From the NCBI GenBank assembly GCA_018992685.1, contig JACVGT010000001.1:100458-164457 (forward strand): a stretch of 64,000 nucleotides of DNA, in the 5' to 3' direction. Made by a program: the position numbers and the translations under genes. Below, one piece after another: positions 41,188 to 51,335 of this stretch. This stretch comes from Theionarchaea archaeon (GTDB lineage: Archaea; Methanobacteriota_B; Thermococci; Methanofastidiosales; SZ-28-30). Position 1 is the first letter of the stretch. Each line of letters starts with the position of its first letter. Under the pieces are notes generated by a model, which did no database searches, was not told the DNA's origin, and saw only the letters and a program-made list of their open reading frames with translations.

Positions 41188-41763
41188 ATGGAGGCCGATA
41201 TTGCAGTTTCTGATGTGGTTCAATTCATGTATTGCCCACGGAAGGTGTATTTCTACAAGGTGCTGGGGTTACCCATGGTGGACAGGAAGAAAATGACTTA
41301 CGGGAGGGATGAGCACGAGAGAGAACACCGAAGGGTGAAGGAGAGGAAGCGTATCTATGGGATTGAGAAAGACCAGATCAAGAAAGTTCAGCACGGGGTT
41401 TTCCTTGTTGATGAGGACGTTGGCTTGTATGGACAAATTGATACTGTTGTGGAGCTGCAGGACGGGAGTGTTATCCCTGTGGATGTGAAATACTCTGATT
41501 ATTCGGGTGTGTTCAAGAACTGGAAAAAGCAGCTTTTGGCATATGCTCTACTCCTGGAAAGGAAATCTGGTGTTAAGGTTAGGAAGGGGTTATTGTATTT
41601 CCCAAAACAGAGGAAAAAAGTGTTTGTTGAATTGAGTGCAGAGGATAAGGAGTTTTTTCTGAAGGATATTGAGAGAATTCGTGGAATGATAAAGTCAGGG
41701 AAGATGCCGCGGGGACGAGACCGTTGCGGATATTGTGAGATGAAGAAGTACTGTAAAGAGTAA
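41188..41763 (+). CDS. cas4: Cas4
   Basis: YCPR, GQIDT, PVDVK, QLLAYALLLE, CGYC..K.YC (Fe-S ligands). Confidence 0.92.
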   Translation: MEADIAVSDVVQFMYCPRKVYFYKVLGLPMVDRKKMTYGRDEHEREHRRVKERKRIYGIEKDQIKKVQHGVFLVDEDVGLYGQIDTVVELQDGSVIPVDVKYSDYSGVFKNWKKQLLAYALLLERKSGVKVRKGLLYFPKQRKKVFVELSAEDKEFFLKDIERIRGMIKSGKMPRGRDRCGYCEMKKYCKE

Positions 41764-41915
41764 GGGTTAGTTAGGTAGTGTGGAATTCTGTGAGCTAGAT
41801 GTGCAGCGTGCCCCTCTTTATAAAGGGTGCTCCGACTTTTCGATAGGCACGCGGGGGTGCAAAAAAGGAGGTACCACAAGGCTTTTAAGGGCTGATTGAG
41901 TAGATGAGGGTGGCT
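41764..41915 (+). promoter_or_regulatory. CRISPR leader
   Basis: Non-coding region between cas4 and repeat 1; TATA-like CTTTTAAG about 27 nt before the first repeat. Confidence 0.8.
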
Positions 41916-44900
41916 GTTTCAAAGGTCATACTCAGAAAACGAGGATTGAAAGGTGACCTATCAAACTCAACCCACAATTCCTGTATCTGTTTCAAAGGTC
42001 ATACTCAGAAAACGAGGATTGAAAGACATGGTAGAGAATCTCATTGTAAGTAATGTCTCGGCGTTTCAAAGGTCATACTCAGAAAACGAGGATTGAAAGG
42101 GAGTTGTATTCAACATATACAAGATGGGCGCTTCCAGTTTCAAAGGTCATACTCAGAAAACGAGGATTGAAAGACTACTCCGCTGAATGTATAGTGTTCG
42201 TCTGAGAAATGTTTCAAAGGTCATACTCAGAAAACGAGGATTGAAAGGTCTGGGTCGAAATTTATCCACTCCTGGATGAAAGCGTTTCAAAGGTCATACT
42301 CAGAAAACGAGGATTGAAAGCATAACTCTCTTTTGTGCTCTTGAGCCATTCCTTTGTTTCAAAGGTCATACTCAGAAAACGAGGATTGAAAGTGCTTCAT
42401 GGTCATGGTAAGTCCTACTTCGGTCGTTGTTTCAAAGGTCATACTCAGAAAACGAGGATTGAAAGATTGATTTAACTTTCATTATCGTCAATTTATCACC
42501 ACGTTTCAAAGGTCATACTCAGAAAACGAGGATTGAAAGGAGTAGGACTCGAAAAACGAGGATTGAAATGAAAAGGTTTCAAAGGTCATACTCAGAAAAC
42601 GAGGATTGAAAGCCGTATCACCGGGTCTTTTCCCTCTTCCTGATGGATTGTTTCAAAGGTCATACTCAGAAAACGAGGATTGAAAGACATTTTTATGAAT
42701 TTTTCAAAGACCGGCGTCAATATGTTTCAAAGGTCATACTCAGAAAACGAGGATTGAAAGATGGCAGGAACAGCTTTCAGAATGGCTATAGCACAGTTTC
42801 AAAGGTCATACTCAGAAAACGAGGATTGAAAGGCAGCTCTTCGAGCTTCTTTAACTGGTACAATGCCATGTGTTTCAAAGGTCATACTCAGAAAACGAGG
42901 ATTGAAAGTTATCATGCTATCCCTATGATTCCGTCCTTATAAAGGTTTCAAAGGTCATACTCAGAAAACGAGGATTGAAAGTTTCCAGTACTACTTCTCT
43001 GAGGGTCATTGAGGGATGTTTCAAAGGTCATACTCAGAAAACGAGGATTGAAAGCACCTCTCACTCATAACAGTCCTCGTAGTAATCGCGTTTCAAAGGT
43101 CATACTCAGAAAACGAGGATTGAAAGGAATTATATTTCATTAATACACCTCACTTTTCAATAGTTTCAAAGGTCATACTCAGAAAACGAGGATTGAAAGG
43201 CCTTTTTAAGTTCTTCTTTGTCTTCTGGGAAAACATGTTTCAAAGGTCATACTCAGAAAACGAGGATTGAAAGCTACGTACTGATACGACCTCAAGGGTT
43301 GTATCGAATGTTTCAAAGGTCATACTCAGAAAACGAGGATTGAAAGTCTTCTACGCGAGTATGGATGACGAACTTGGCTGTGTTTCAAAGGTCATACTCA
43401 GAAAACGAGGATTGAAAGCAATGACGAAAGCTCTTACCGGAGAATACGGAGAGTTTCAAAGGTCATACTCAGAAAACGAGGATTGAAAGATTTGTAAGAG
43501 AGATCCAGCCAGTTCCTAATTCTCTGTTTCAAAGGTCATACTCAGAAAACGAGGATTGAAAGAAGTGTGTCCTCACTGGCAATAGTTCTTAGAGCATCGT
43601 TTCAAAGGTCATACTCAGAAAACGAGGATTGAAAGCACGACTACCTGGACGAACAATGACGGTTCCACCAACGTTTCAAAGGTCATACTCAGAAAACGAG
43701 GATTGAAAGACCTTCAGCTGCTCCAGTGATCTCTCCATTTCCTGGGTTTCAAAGGTCATACTCAGAAAACGAGGATTGAAAGATGAAGAGGGTACATATT
43801 ACTGTTATTATTCTGCGTTTCAAAGGTCATACTCAGAAAACGAGGATTGAAAGTAATTATTGGGGCAGTCGCAGCGGTCTATATATTGGTTTCAAAGGTC
43901 ATACTCAGAAAACGAGGATTGAAAGACTTCTGGTAGGAAAGCGATACCGCGTCCTCTTCTTGTTTCAAAGGTCATACTCAGAAAACGAGGATTGAAAGAT
44001 CTATAATTATGAGCAATAAAAATGCGCTAAAGTGGGTTTCAAAGGTCATACTCAGAAAACGAGGATTGAAAGATCTTGTCCGCGTGAACCGTGCGAAGTT
44101 CCTCCGTCGTTTCAAAGGTCATACTCAGAAAACGAGGATTGAAAGACGGTCACAATTACGTTTTCTGCACCAACTGCCTTTGTTTCAAAGGTCATACTCA
44201 GAAAACGAGGATTGAAAGAAATATGCCGTGTATGCACATCCCAACCATTCATGTTTCAAAGGTCATACTCAGAAAACGAGGATTGAAAGTTTCGTAACAA
44301 AGCGAAGCAACGCTATTATCGTCTCGTTTCAAAGGTCATACTCAGAAAACGAGGATTGAAAGAAATTCAAGACGATGCAGAAGCGTACTACATAGAGTGT
44401 TTCAAAGGTCATACTCAGAAAACGAGGATTGAAAGGCCTACTACCACACCTTTCACATACCCATACCCAGAAGTTTCAAAGGTCATACTCAGAAAACGAG
44501 GATTGAAAGGTCATCTCTACGTCAGCAAAAGAACACCCTTTGCATGTTTCAAAGGTCATACTCAGAAAACGAGGATTGAAAGGGACTCGGTGGGGAAGTT
44601 TGACGAGTCCTACGGGAAGGTTTCAAAGGTCATACTCAGAAAACGAGGATTGAAAGTTTATCATCTTCGCTGCACCGTCAAGCCACTCACCGTTTCAAAG
44701 GTCATACTCAGAAAACGAGGATTGAAAGGGACTACATTCACACCTAAAGCTTTTCCTGATCATGTTTCAAAGGTCATACTCAGAAAACGAGGATTGAAAG
44801 GAATCCTCCCAGAACTCTTCAATGCAGGTGACTTCAGTTTCAAAGGTCATACTCAGAAAACGAGGATTGAAAGGATCCATAGCCTCTCAGGATCTGTGCT

Positions 44901-46339
44901 GCCTCTTTGTTTCAAAGGTCATACTCAGAAAACGAGGATTGAAAGTTTATATGCTTCGTCAATCATCTCAATCCTCCTCGTTTCAAAGGTCATACTCAGA
45001 AAACGAGGATTGAAAGTCAGAAAAAATCCCGGAATCGTAGTTATTCTCCAGAGTTTCAAAGGTCATACTCAGAAAACGAGGATTGAAAGCAGTCCTCCCA
45101 CATCTCCGGTACGCGAGGGTCTATCGTTTCAAAGGTCATACTCAGAAAACGAGGATTGAAAGACAGTCTGGAGGAGCTACAAAAAAGCCACTACCAGAGT
45201 TTCAAAGGTCATACTCAGAAAACGAGGATTGAAAGTGTACCATCTTGCACCTATTTCTGTTGCGATCTCGAAGTTTCAAAGGTCATACTCAGAAAACGAG
45301 GATTGAAAGTCTGTTATGCAGTCTAAGAACTCGTTGATGGAACAGTTTCAAAGGTCATACTCAGAAAACGAGGATTGAAAGAAGAATTCCCCTTGCCTCT
45401 CTGGCGGCAATGATGAAGTTTCAAAGGTCATACTCAGAAAACGAGGATTGAAAGTTAAGGCAGTGGAATATATCTATGTGTTTGTGTACGTGTTTCAAAG
45501 GTCATACTCAGAAAACGAGGATTGAAAGATTTTCCTTAATAGGAAATAGATTTTCGAGTAAGATTGTTTCAAAGGTCATACTCAGAAAACGAGGATTGAA
45601 AGATATTGTGGCAGCAGCAATCGATGTGGAGTGAATTAAGTTTCAAAGGTCATACTCAGAAAACGAGGATTGAAAGCCGTCATATAAATCCCTTACCTGA
45701 TCCCACTCCATGTGTGTTTCAAAGGTCATACTCAGAAAACGAGGATTGAAAGCTCCCTGGTTACTATCATGCTTATGTATTCACACATGTTTCAAAGGTC
45801 ATACTCAGAAAACGAGGATTGAAAGTAACTGGAATATGTTCTCTTTCTGGCATGGAATACGGTTTCAAAGGTCATACTCAGAAAACGAGGATTGAAAGTA
45901 AGCTTCGTATTCATAAAAGCAGCAAACAATAGAAGTTTCAAAGGTCATACTCAGAAAACGAGGATTGAAAGTGTTCATTCTGGCTCCCCGGGTAGAAAGA
46001 GAGGAGTGTTTCAAAGGTCATACTCAGAAAACGAGGATTGAAAGAATTCCACTTCATCCAGATGGTCCATCCACCAGGTAGGTTTCAAAGGTCATACTCA
46101 GAAAACGAGGATTGAAAGCAAATGGAAGCACAACTTCGCCAGCATCACAGAATAGTTTCAAAGGTCATACTCAGAAAACGAGGATTGAAAGTTTTGATTT
46201 GACATTTTCACTCACCTTGTGATATTCGGTTTCAAAGGTCATACTCAGAAAACGAGGATTGAAAGACTCACCTGACGACATGAAGGCCTTTGAGAAATGT
46301 GCGTTTCAAAGGTCATACTCAGAAAACGAGGATTGAAAG
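41916..46339 (+). CRISPR. CRISPR array, 61 x 37-bp repeat GTTTCAAAGGTCATACTCAGAAAACGAGGATTGAAAG, 60 spacers of about 34-39 bp
   Basis: Counted by hand; repeats appear invariant including the last; the ATTGAAAG 3' end and leader position give + orientation. Confidence 0.98.
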
Positions 46340-46464
46340 CTTGGTGTAGGTTCTATCAATTCAAGGTCTCCGTGATGTGGCCACTGCTTATTTTTGTCCA
46401 ATGCCAGTTTGCCAATATCATGTAGCATTGACGCTACTAAACCGTCAGTTGCTTCAGTGCCCAA
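46306..46464 (-). pseudogene. Truncated cas10-like N-terminal HD fragment running into the last CRISPR repeat
   Basis: Read by hand: TTG-GTEATDGLVASMLHDIGKLALDKNKQWPHHG...; SD-like GGATGTGA and BRE/TATA-like CGAAACATATTTAAG upstream. Confidence 0.6.
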
Positions 46465-46639
46465 TTGATTCACATCCTTAGTCGATCATGATATTGATTT
46501 CTTAAATATGTTTCGGTTTGTATGACTGAAAATTGGAGAGATCTCTTTCTAGCAGGGTTTGTGTCAGTGGGGTGTTTGCTATTATTTGATGGTTAGAGAC
46601 GTGATTAAAATACTCATGAATCAGGTCGCTAATGGCGTG

Positions 46640-46815
46640 GTCTTTTCAATTGAAGAGTGGAATGGGGTTGTCTGGACAAGTTGACACTGCATCGACTCCA
46701 CATTATGAGAATATTGTTCCCGTCAATGTGAAATACTCTAATTATTCCAGCGTGTTCAAGATCTGGAACAAGATCACTGCGAATATTGTGAGACGAAGGA
46801 GTATTGTAAAGAAGT
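46640..46815 (+). pseudogene. cas4 remnant with internal deletion
   Basis: GLSGQVDT..IVPVNVKYSNYSSVFKIW matches Cas4 GLYGQIDT..VIPVDVKYSDYSGVFKNW, then jumps to DNA resembling the cas4 3' end. Confidence 0.75.
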
Positions 46816-46862
46816 TGGGGTTGGTCGGGCTAGTGTGGAATTTCCTTGACCTTCAACTCGAA

Positions 46863-46966
46863 AGCGTGCCCCTCTTTATAAAGGGTGCTCCGACTTTTCG
46901 ATAGGCACGCGGGGATGCAAAAAAGGAGGTACCACAAGGCTTTTAAGGCATGATTGAGTAGATGAG
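46863..46966 (+). repeat. Orphan copy of the CRISPR leader (101/104 identical to 41805-41908), no array behind it
   Basis: Direct sequence comparison. Confidence 0.85.
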
Positions 46967-47874
46967 TATCATCTCATCACCTTTGAAATGGAATTCCAGT
47001 TCTTACCTGTAATATCTTGTAGTTAAGTGTTTATAAGGTTTTCGATTTCAGATTTTAAATTGTGGATGGATTGATTGCATGAATTGCCCTCATGTTCCCG
47101 TTAATTATCTAGAGTAGCGACTTCAGCAGGAAAAAGTACTATTTGTTGAGAATGGTGTCTTCTGTAGTATTTTCCTCAATGAGAACACATATTCTTTCAG
47201 TCCGATCTCCATACAAAAGGTGAAACCTGTTAGTGCTCTGGATTTCGAATGCGCAAATTGCTCTCTAATTATAAATTGTATATGAAAAGGTTTAGAACAG
47301 TGCAATTCTTTACTTTGAATAAGAAATCGAAAGAAATGCAGGTAGCAGGTGAGAAGTATGAAGTTGGGACTTCAGAAGTTTTCATATAGATTCGCTGAGC
47401 AGGTACTAAACAGCAGACCACGTTCTTATGTATTTTTCTCAAGGCACCCACGACATGTATAACTTCGCCTGAATGACTCGCTTGATTACTTCTTATGTGG
47501 TTCTTCACCTCGGCATTTCTATCCCCCAGAGTCTGAAAAAGTATGGCTCTCTCTATCAGAATTGATACGCACCATTAATATTGGCAGAAGGGTAGCCATC
47601 ATGGGAGGTTCATACAGATCACTGATTATGCGCTTGTCAAATCTCTGGGATGGATGTCATTCTCTTTTCACTTTCTTTTTTCGCTTTGTGGACGATTTCT
47701 TCAAAGGTTTTTCCTTCTAGACATTCGGCAAATTCTTCAGTATCCATGAGTTCACTACAATGTTCTATAGAGCGAAGTCTTATATAATCTGCCCATCTGC
47801 TGTTCTGCCAGCAATTCATCAAACAAGGATTCTGCATAGATAGCTTTTTATGTTTCTTTACACTACGCATCATC

Positions 47875-48117
47875 ATGGAAACTGTTGAACTCAACTTGAC
47901 AGAAGAAGAGTCTAGGCAAATCGATGCTTATGTTAAGCGAGCTGGTTATTCCTCCCGGTCTGAATTCATGAGGGAATTCCTACTCCATGTAACAGAACCC
48001 GAACTCTCTGAAAAGGTCTTAAAAGAAATTGCCGTTGCCCGGAACCAGAAGCAAAGAGGAGAAGTTTTCTCCCTCGAAAGAAATCAAGAAGCAGTTGGGG
48101 CTTTGAATGAGTTATGA
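47875..48117 (+). CDS. Ribbon-helix-helix (CopG/NikR-like) antitoxin, apparent frameshift near the 3' end
   Basis: METVELNL...IDAYV...GYSSRSEFMRE; the expected tail EEIKKQLGL* lies in a shifted frame. Confidence 0.7.
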   Translation: METVELNLTEEESRQIDAYVKRAGYSSRSEFMREFLLHVTEPELSEKVLKEIAVARNQKQRGEVFSLERNQEAVGALNEL

Positions 48118-48283
48118 TCTCACTTTTTCAGCATTAGCTTCAAAGAAACTCAGAAAATTGGATAAGAAAAAGGCTTTGCTCATTATCAAAAAACTGGAGG
48201 AAACAGCCAGTTCTCCAGCTCGTTATTTGGAACCGTTGCGTAGAATTGACGCATACAGGGTGAGGGCAGGGGAGCCAGGATAA
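48107..48283 (+). pseudogene. Truncated RelE/ParE-family toxin
   Basis: MSYDLTFS..A.K.LRKLD....I..KL....P....PL....YRVRAG, then stops where DYR would be expected. Confidence 0.7.
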
Positions 48284-48348
48284 TGAAGCATGAGCCAGGA
48301 TAATGAGGGGCTCCATCAGATCAAGACGTGATTGGAGAACGTGATACC

Positions 48349-49257
48349 ATGAGAACAAAGAAGACCCTGCTGGTTGTGTGGGTTACCCTCTTTCTATGCG
48401 GATTCGTCTTAATTTCCTATCTGAGACAAGAGCAATTTGAAGAACACCTGGAGAATGAAATAATTGATATACAAGAAGAAATGGAAACTGTCTCATCTGA
48501 GCTTCAGGACGAATGTGAAACTCTTGACAGGAGTAGCCCTGAAGATGTTCTGCTTTATCTTGGACTGACGACTTATCCCTATTCTGGCGATTATTTCCTT
48601 GATTTCAGCGAATATATGAAGAAAAAACCGAGAGGTAATCTCTTCTTGGGCACCTTCCTCACACAGGCAGATGAAGGTGCTTTCCTAGAGGGTTGTTTCA
48701 CACTTCGTGTATCGTATTTTAATGTACGTGACTACTGGTATAGTGAGACTGAACCAGGCAAGATATTTCTGGATTCCTGCCAGCAATATGAGAAAAAGAA
48801 CCAGGGCTTTTCCTGGGAAGAATTCAGGAACTCAGATGATTTTGGACAATTTCTCAATGAACTCTGCAATTTCATAGAAGACAAAGAGGATATCAGCCTC
48901 CAAGAGACATATCAGCAGATTGAGGATTTGGGAAAGATAAAGACGGGAAATATATATCGAAAGGCTTTACTACAGTCTTATATCTACCTGGCAGAGACCA
49001 GCTACAGTAAGTACCAGGAACACAAACAAGACGACTTTATGAAGGCACTCGTTGACGCCGAAGTGGTCTATACGGTCTATGATTTCTCTCAGAACTGGGA
49101 TACTAAGCAAATAGCTTTCACAACTCTAGAACCATTTCAAAGAGACACTTTTTTTATGCATAGTAGTGTTCTCGATATCGGATTTGCCTTTATAGTTTCA
49201 ACTTTGATTGTGATTGCAATCTGGATCGTTTTCAGTGAATTGAAAAAGGGAGAGTGA
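48349..49257 (+). CDS. Hypothetical membrane-anchored protein (N- and C-terminal TM)
   Basis: Long ORF with hydrophobic ends and an acidic soluble middle. Confidence 0.7.
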   Translation: MRTKKTLLVVWVTLFLCGFVLISYLRQEQFEEHLENEIIDIQEEMETVSSELQDECETLDRSSPEDVLLYLGLTTYPYSGDYFLDFSEYMKKKPRGNLFLGTFLTQADEGAFLEGCFTLRVSYFNVRDYWYSETEPGKIFLDSCQQYEKKNQGFSWEEFRNSDDFGQFLNELCNFIEDKEDISLQETYQQIEDLGKIKTGNIYRKALLQSYIYLAETSYSKYQEHKQDDFMKALVDAEVVYTVYDFSQNWDTKQIAFTTLEPFQRDTFFMHSSVLDIGFAFIVSTLIVIAIWIVFSELKKGE

Positions 49258-49318
49258 AGTTCAGAGAATGATCTCTATGGTACTAGTTTCTCTGTACTTG
49301 TTTGACCTCTTTCACTGA

Positions 49319-49610
49319 TCAACCACACTCAGACAGTGTATTATAGACTGTCCACATTAAGAAGCATATAATGTAGAACATGAAAAAATAGTACATAAGT
49401 TTTCTGTACTTTTCTGCGGATCGTCTTTCATATCTGAAGAAGAAATGAGCAAATAGCAACCAAGCGGCATTGAAAATCACGAAAAATAATATTCCCTGGC
49501 AGCTCAGGAAGAAATTATAGAAGAAGATACCGCCCAGAAACGTAGATCGCAGCCAAAAGCAGAACTTTCAGGGTGGATTTCATCATGTTTCTTGCATTTT
49601 CTTGCTTCAC
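49319..49610 (-). pseudogene. Small membrane protein gene with one frameshift
   Basis: GGAGGTGA SD + GTG 49610; hydrophobic reading continues in a shifted frame (FLGGIFFYNFF...LMWTVYNTLSECG*). Confidence 0.45.
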
Positions 49611-49737
49611 TTTTTCACCTCCTTTATGTTCTTAGTTCTCGGGACAGGAGGTATCATCCCACAGGATGATACCCCGAGCTCTCCCAGTTTCAATCGATCA
49701 GGGGTAGAGGACAGAACTCAAACCGTTCAGTGATAAC

Positions 49738-51297
49738 CTATTCTCCGGGAGTGTTGGCGAACGGAAAGAATGTTGGCAAGATACGGAGGAGAGCGTCTTT
49801 TCCTGCTTTGTCCAGAAAAGACAACTCAATCCGGACTATTCCATCATCTGAGATCTGAAGATCAACTCTTTTCTTCTGTATATTCACACGTGTGTTTTGA
49901 ATGGTATCCCACGGAATCACCCGGGGTTTCTTCAGGATAGTATTAAATAACGTTATGGAATTGCGCGTTATCAGAAAATAAGGTGTTTTGGCGAACCAGA
50001 ACCCTACGAGAAGATTCAAAAAAGGGAAGATGAGATACAAGAACCCAGCTGAATGATTCCTGCCGTATACCTCAAGAAACCCACAAAACATGAAAAGGGC
50101 TCCAGATACAAACCATATGGTGAAAATAGTAGAAGATCTCCTGAATTCGTGTATTTCCAGACCTTTATCTGCCGTATTCTCTATGTACCTTTGCAGGGGA
50201 TGGATTCCTGTTAGGAAAAATGCTCCCAGCACAGATAGCACAGCTAGTATCCCATAGTAGTATTCAAGTGGAGGGCGGGGGGAAAGTGTCCGAAAAGGGA
50301 TCCCCTCAAGGCTACAGCAAAATATGTCGCAATTGCCGTTTCTACAGCACTGCCACACCACTGTATCACCATAAACTGCAGGGTGCAATATGGTCTCCCT
50401 GCTTGAAGAAATGTAGAGCAGTCTGTTTGTGGCAAGATCATACCCAAAGAGGTCGCTCCTAGGGCGAGAGTCCGAATCAAAATCCGTTTCAGCCCATACG
50501 ATAGTATTCCCTTCAAAATCTATTTCCATACACTTATACACAATCTCAATCTCAATCTCACTACCCGTGGAGACAGTGTATACACCCACAAGCCTATCAC
50601 CGTGAGCTCGTCCCAGAAAGACAACCCTATCACCACTGGGCACGATTTGGTCGAAACGTGGGTCTTCACAGACACGAAACTCCCGGTTGTCGGAAAGATC
50701 ACATCCATAGCCAACATCCTTGCCATTTCTTTCGTCTATCCATACCACAACGTCCCCGGAAACTCGAGGCCACCTTTGATTATATTTGTTCTTGGTTATA
50801 CGAATCTCCTCATTACGAGAAAGATCATATCCATAGATTTCCCAGTTTGTATAGTGCCGGTCGTCCTGCCAGACCACCAAGGTTCCCGAAATATCGGGAT
50901 GGTTCTGATTTGATGAGTCCCAGGTGATACGGAATTCTTCCCCAGTTTCAAGGTTGAACCCATAAATATCATCATTGCCATTCCTGGTGTCTACCCAGAC
51001 GACGTACGACCCAGAGATTTCAGGGTTAGTCTGATCATTCGGATCATCTGTAATCTGAACCTCCTCTCCAGTCTCAAGGTTGAACCCATAGATGTCCCTG
51101 TTGCCATTTCTGGTGTCTACCCAGACGACGTATGACCCAAAAATTCGAGGAGCGTATTGATCATTCTCATCGTGGGTAATCTGAACCTCAGAAGAGCTCT
51201 CCAGAAAGCCACACATGACAGAATTCAAGAGCAGAAGGACCACAACGGAGACGAGCCCAACCCGTATGATTTTGACAGCCGTGCTTGCCTCACTCAT
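49738..51297 (-). CDS. Archaeal beta-propeller-repeat cell-surface protein with C-terminal TM helices and PH-like domain
   Basis: Repeated Q..P.I.G..VVW.D.RNGN.DIYG..L..GEE..IT motif. Confidence 0.85.
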   Translation of the reverse strand: MSEASTAVKIIRVGLVSVVVLLLLNSVMCGFLESSSEVQITHDENDQYAPRIFGSYVVWVDTRNGNRDIYGFNLETGEEVQITDDPNDQTNPEISGSYVVWVDTRNGNDDIYGFNLETGEEFRITWDSSNQNHPDISGTLVVWQDDRHYTNWEIYGYDLSRNEEIRITKNKYNQRWPRVSGDVVVWIDERNGKDVGYGCDLSDNREFRVCEDPRFDQIVPSGDRVVFLGRAHGDRLVGVYTVSTGSEIEIEIVYKCMEIDFEGNTIVWAETDFDSDSRPRSDLFGYDLATNRLLYISSSRETILHPAVYGDTVVWQCCRNGNCDIFCCSLEGIPFRTLSPRPPLEYYYGILAVLSVLGAFFLTGIHPLQRYIENTADKGLEIHEFRRSSTIFTIWFVSGALFMFCGFLEVYGRNHSAGFLYLIFPFLNLLVGFWFAKTPYFLITRNSITLFNTILKKPRVIPWDTIQNTRVNIQKKRVDLQISDDGIVRIELSFLDKAGKDALLRILPTFFPFANTPGE

Positions 51298-51335
51298 ATT
51301 CAAGAAAAAGAACCATACGTATTTAAAGATACCTA

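Noticed and set aside
42643-45895. ORFs with repeated VSKVILRKRGLK / FKGHTQKTRIE peptides
   Set aside because: They are translations of the CRISPR repeat, not genes
41916-46339. Self-targeting or duplicated spacers
   Set aside because: None noticed by eye apart from the repeat-like spacer 9; a proper alignment is needed, so no claim is made
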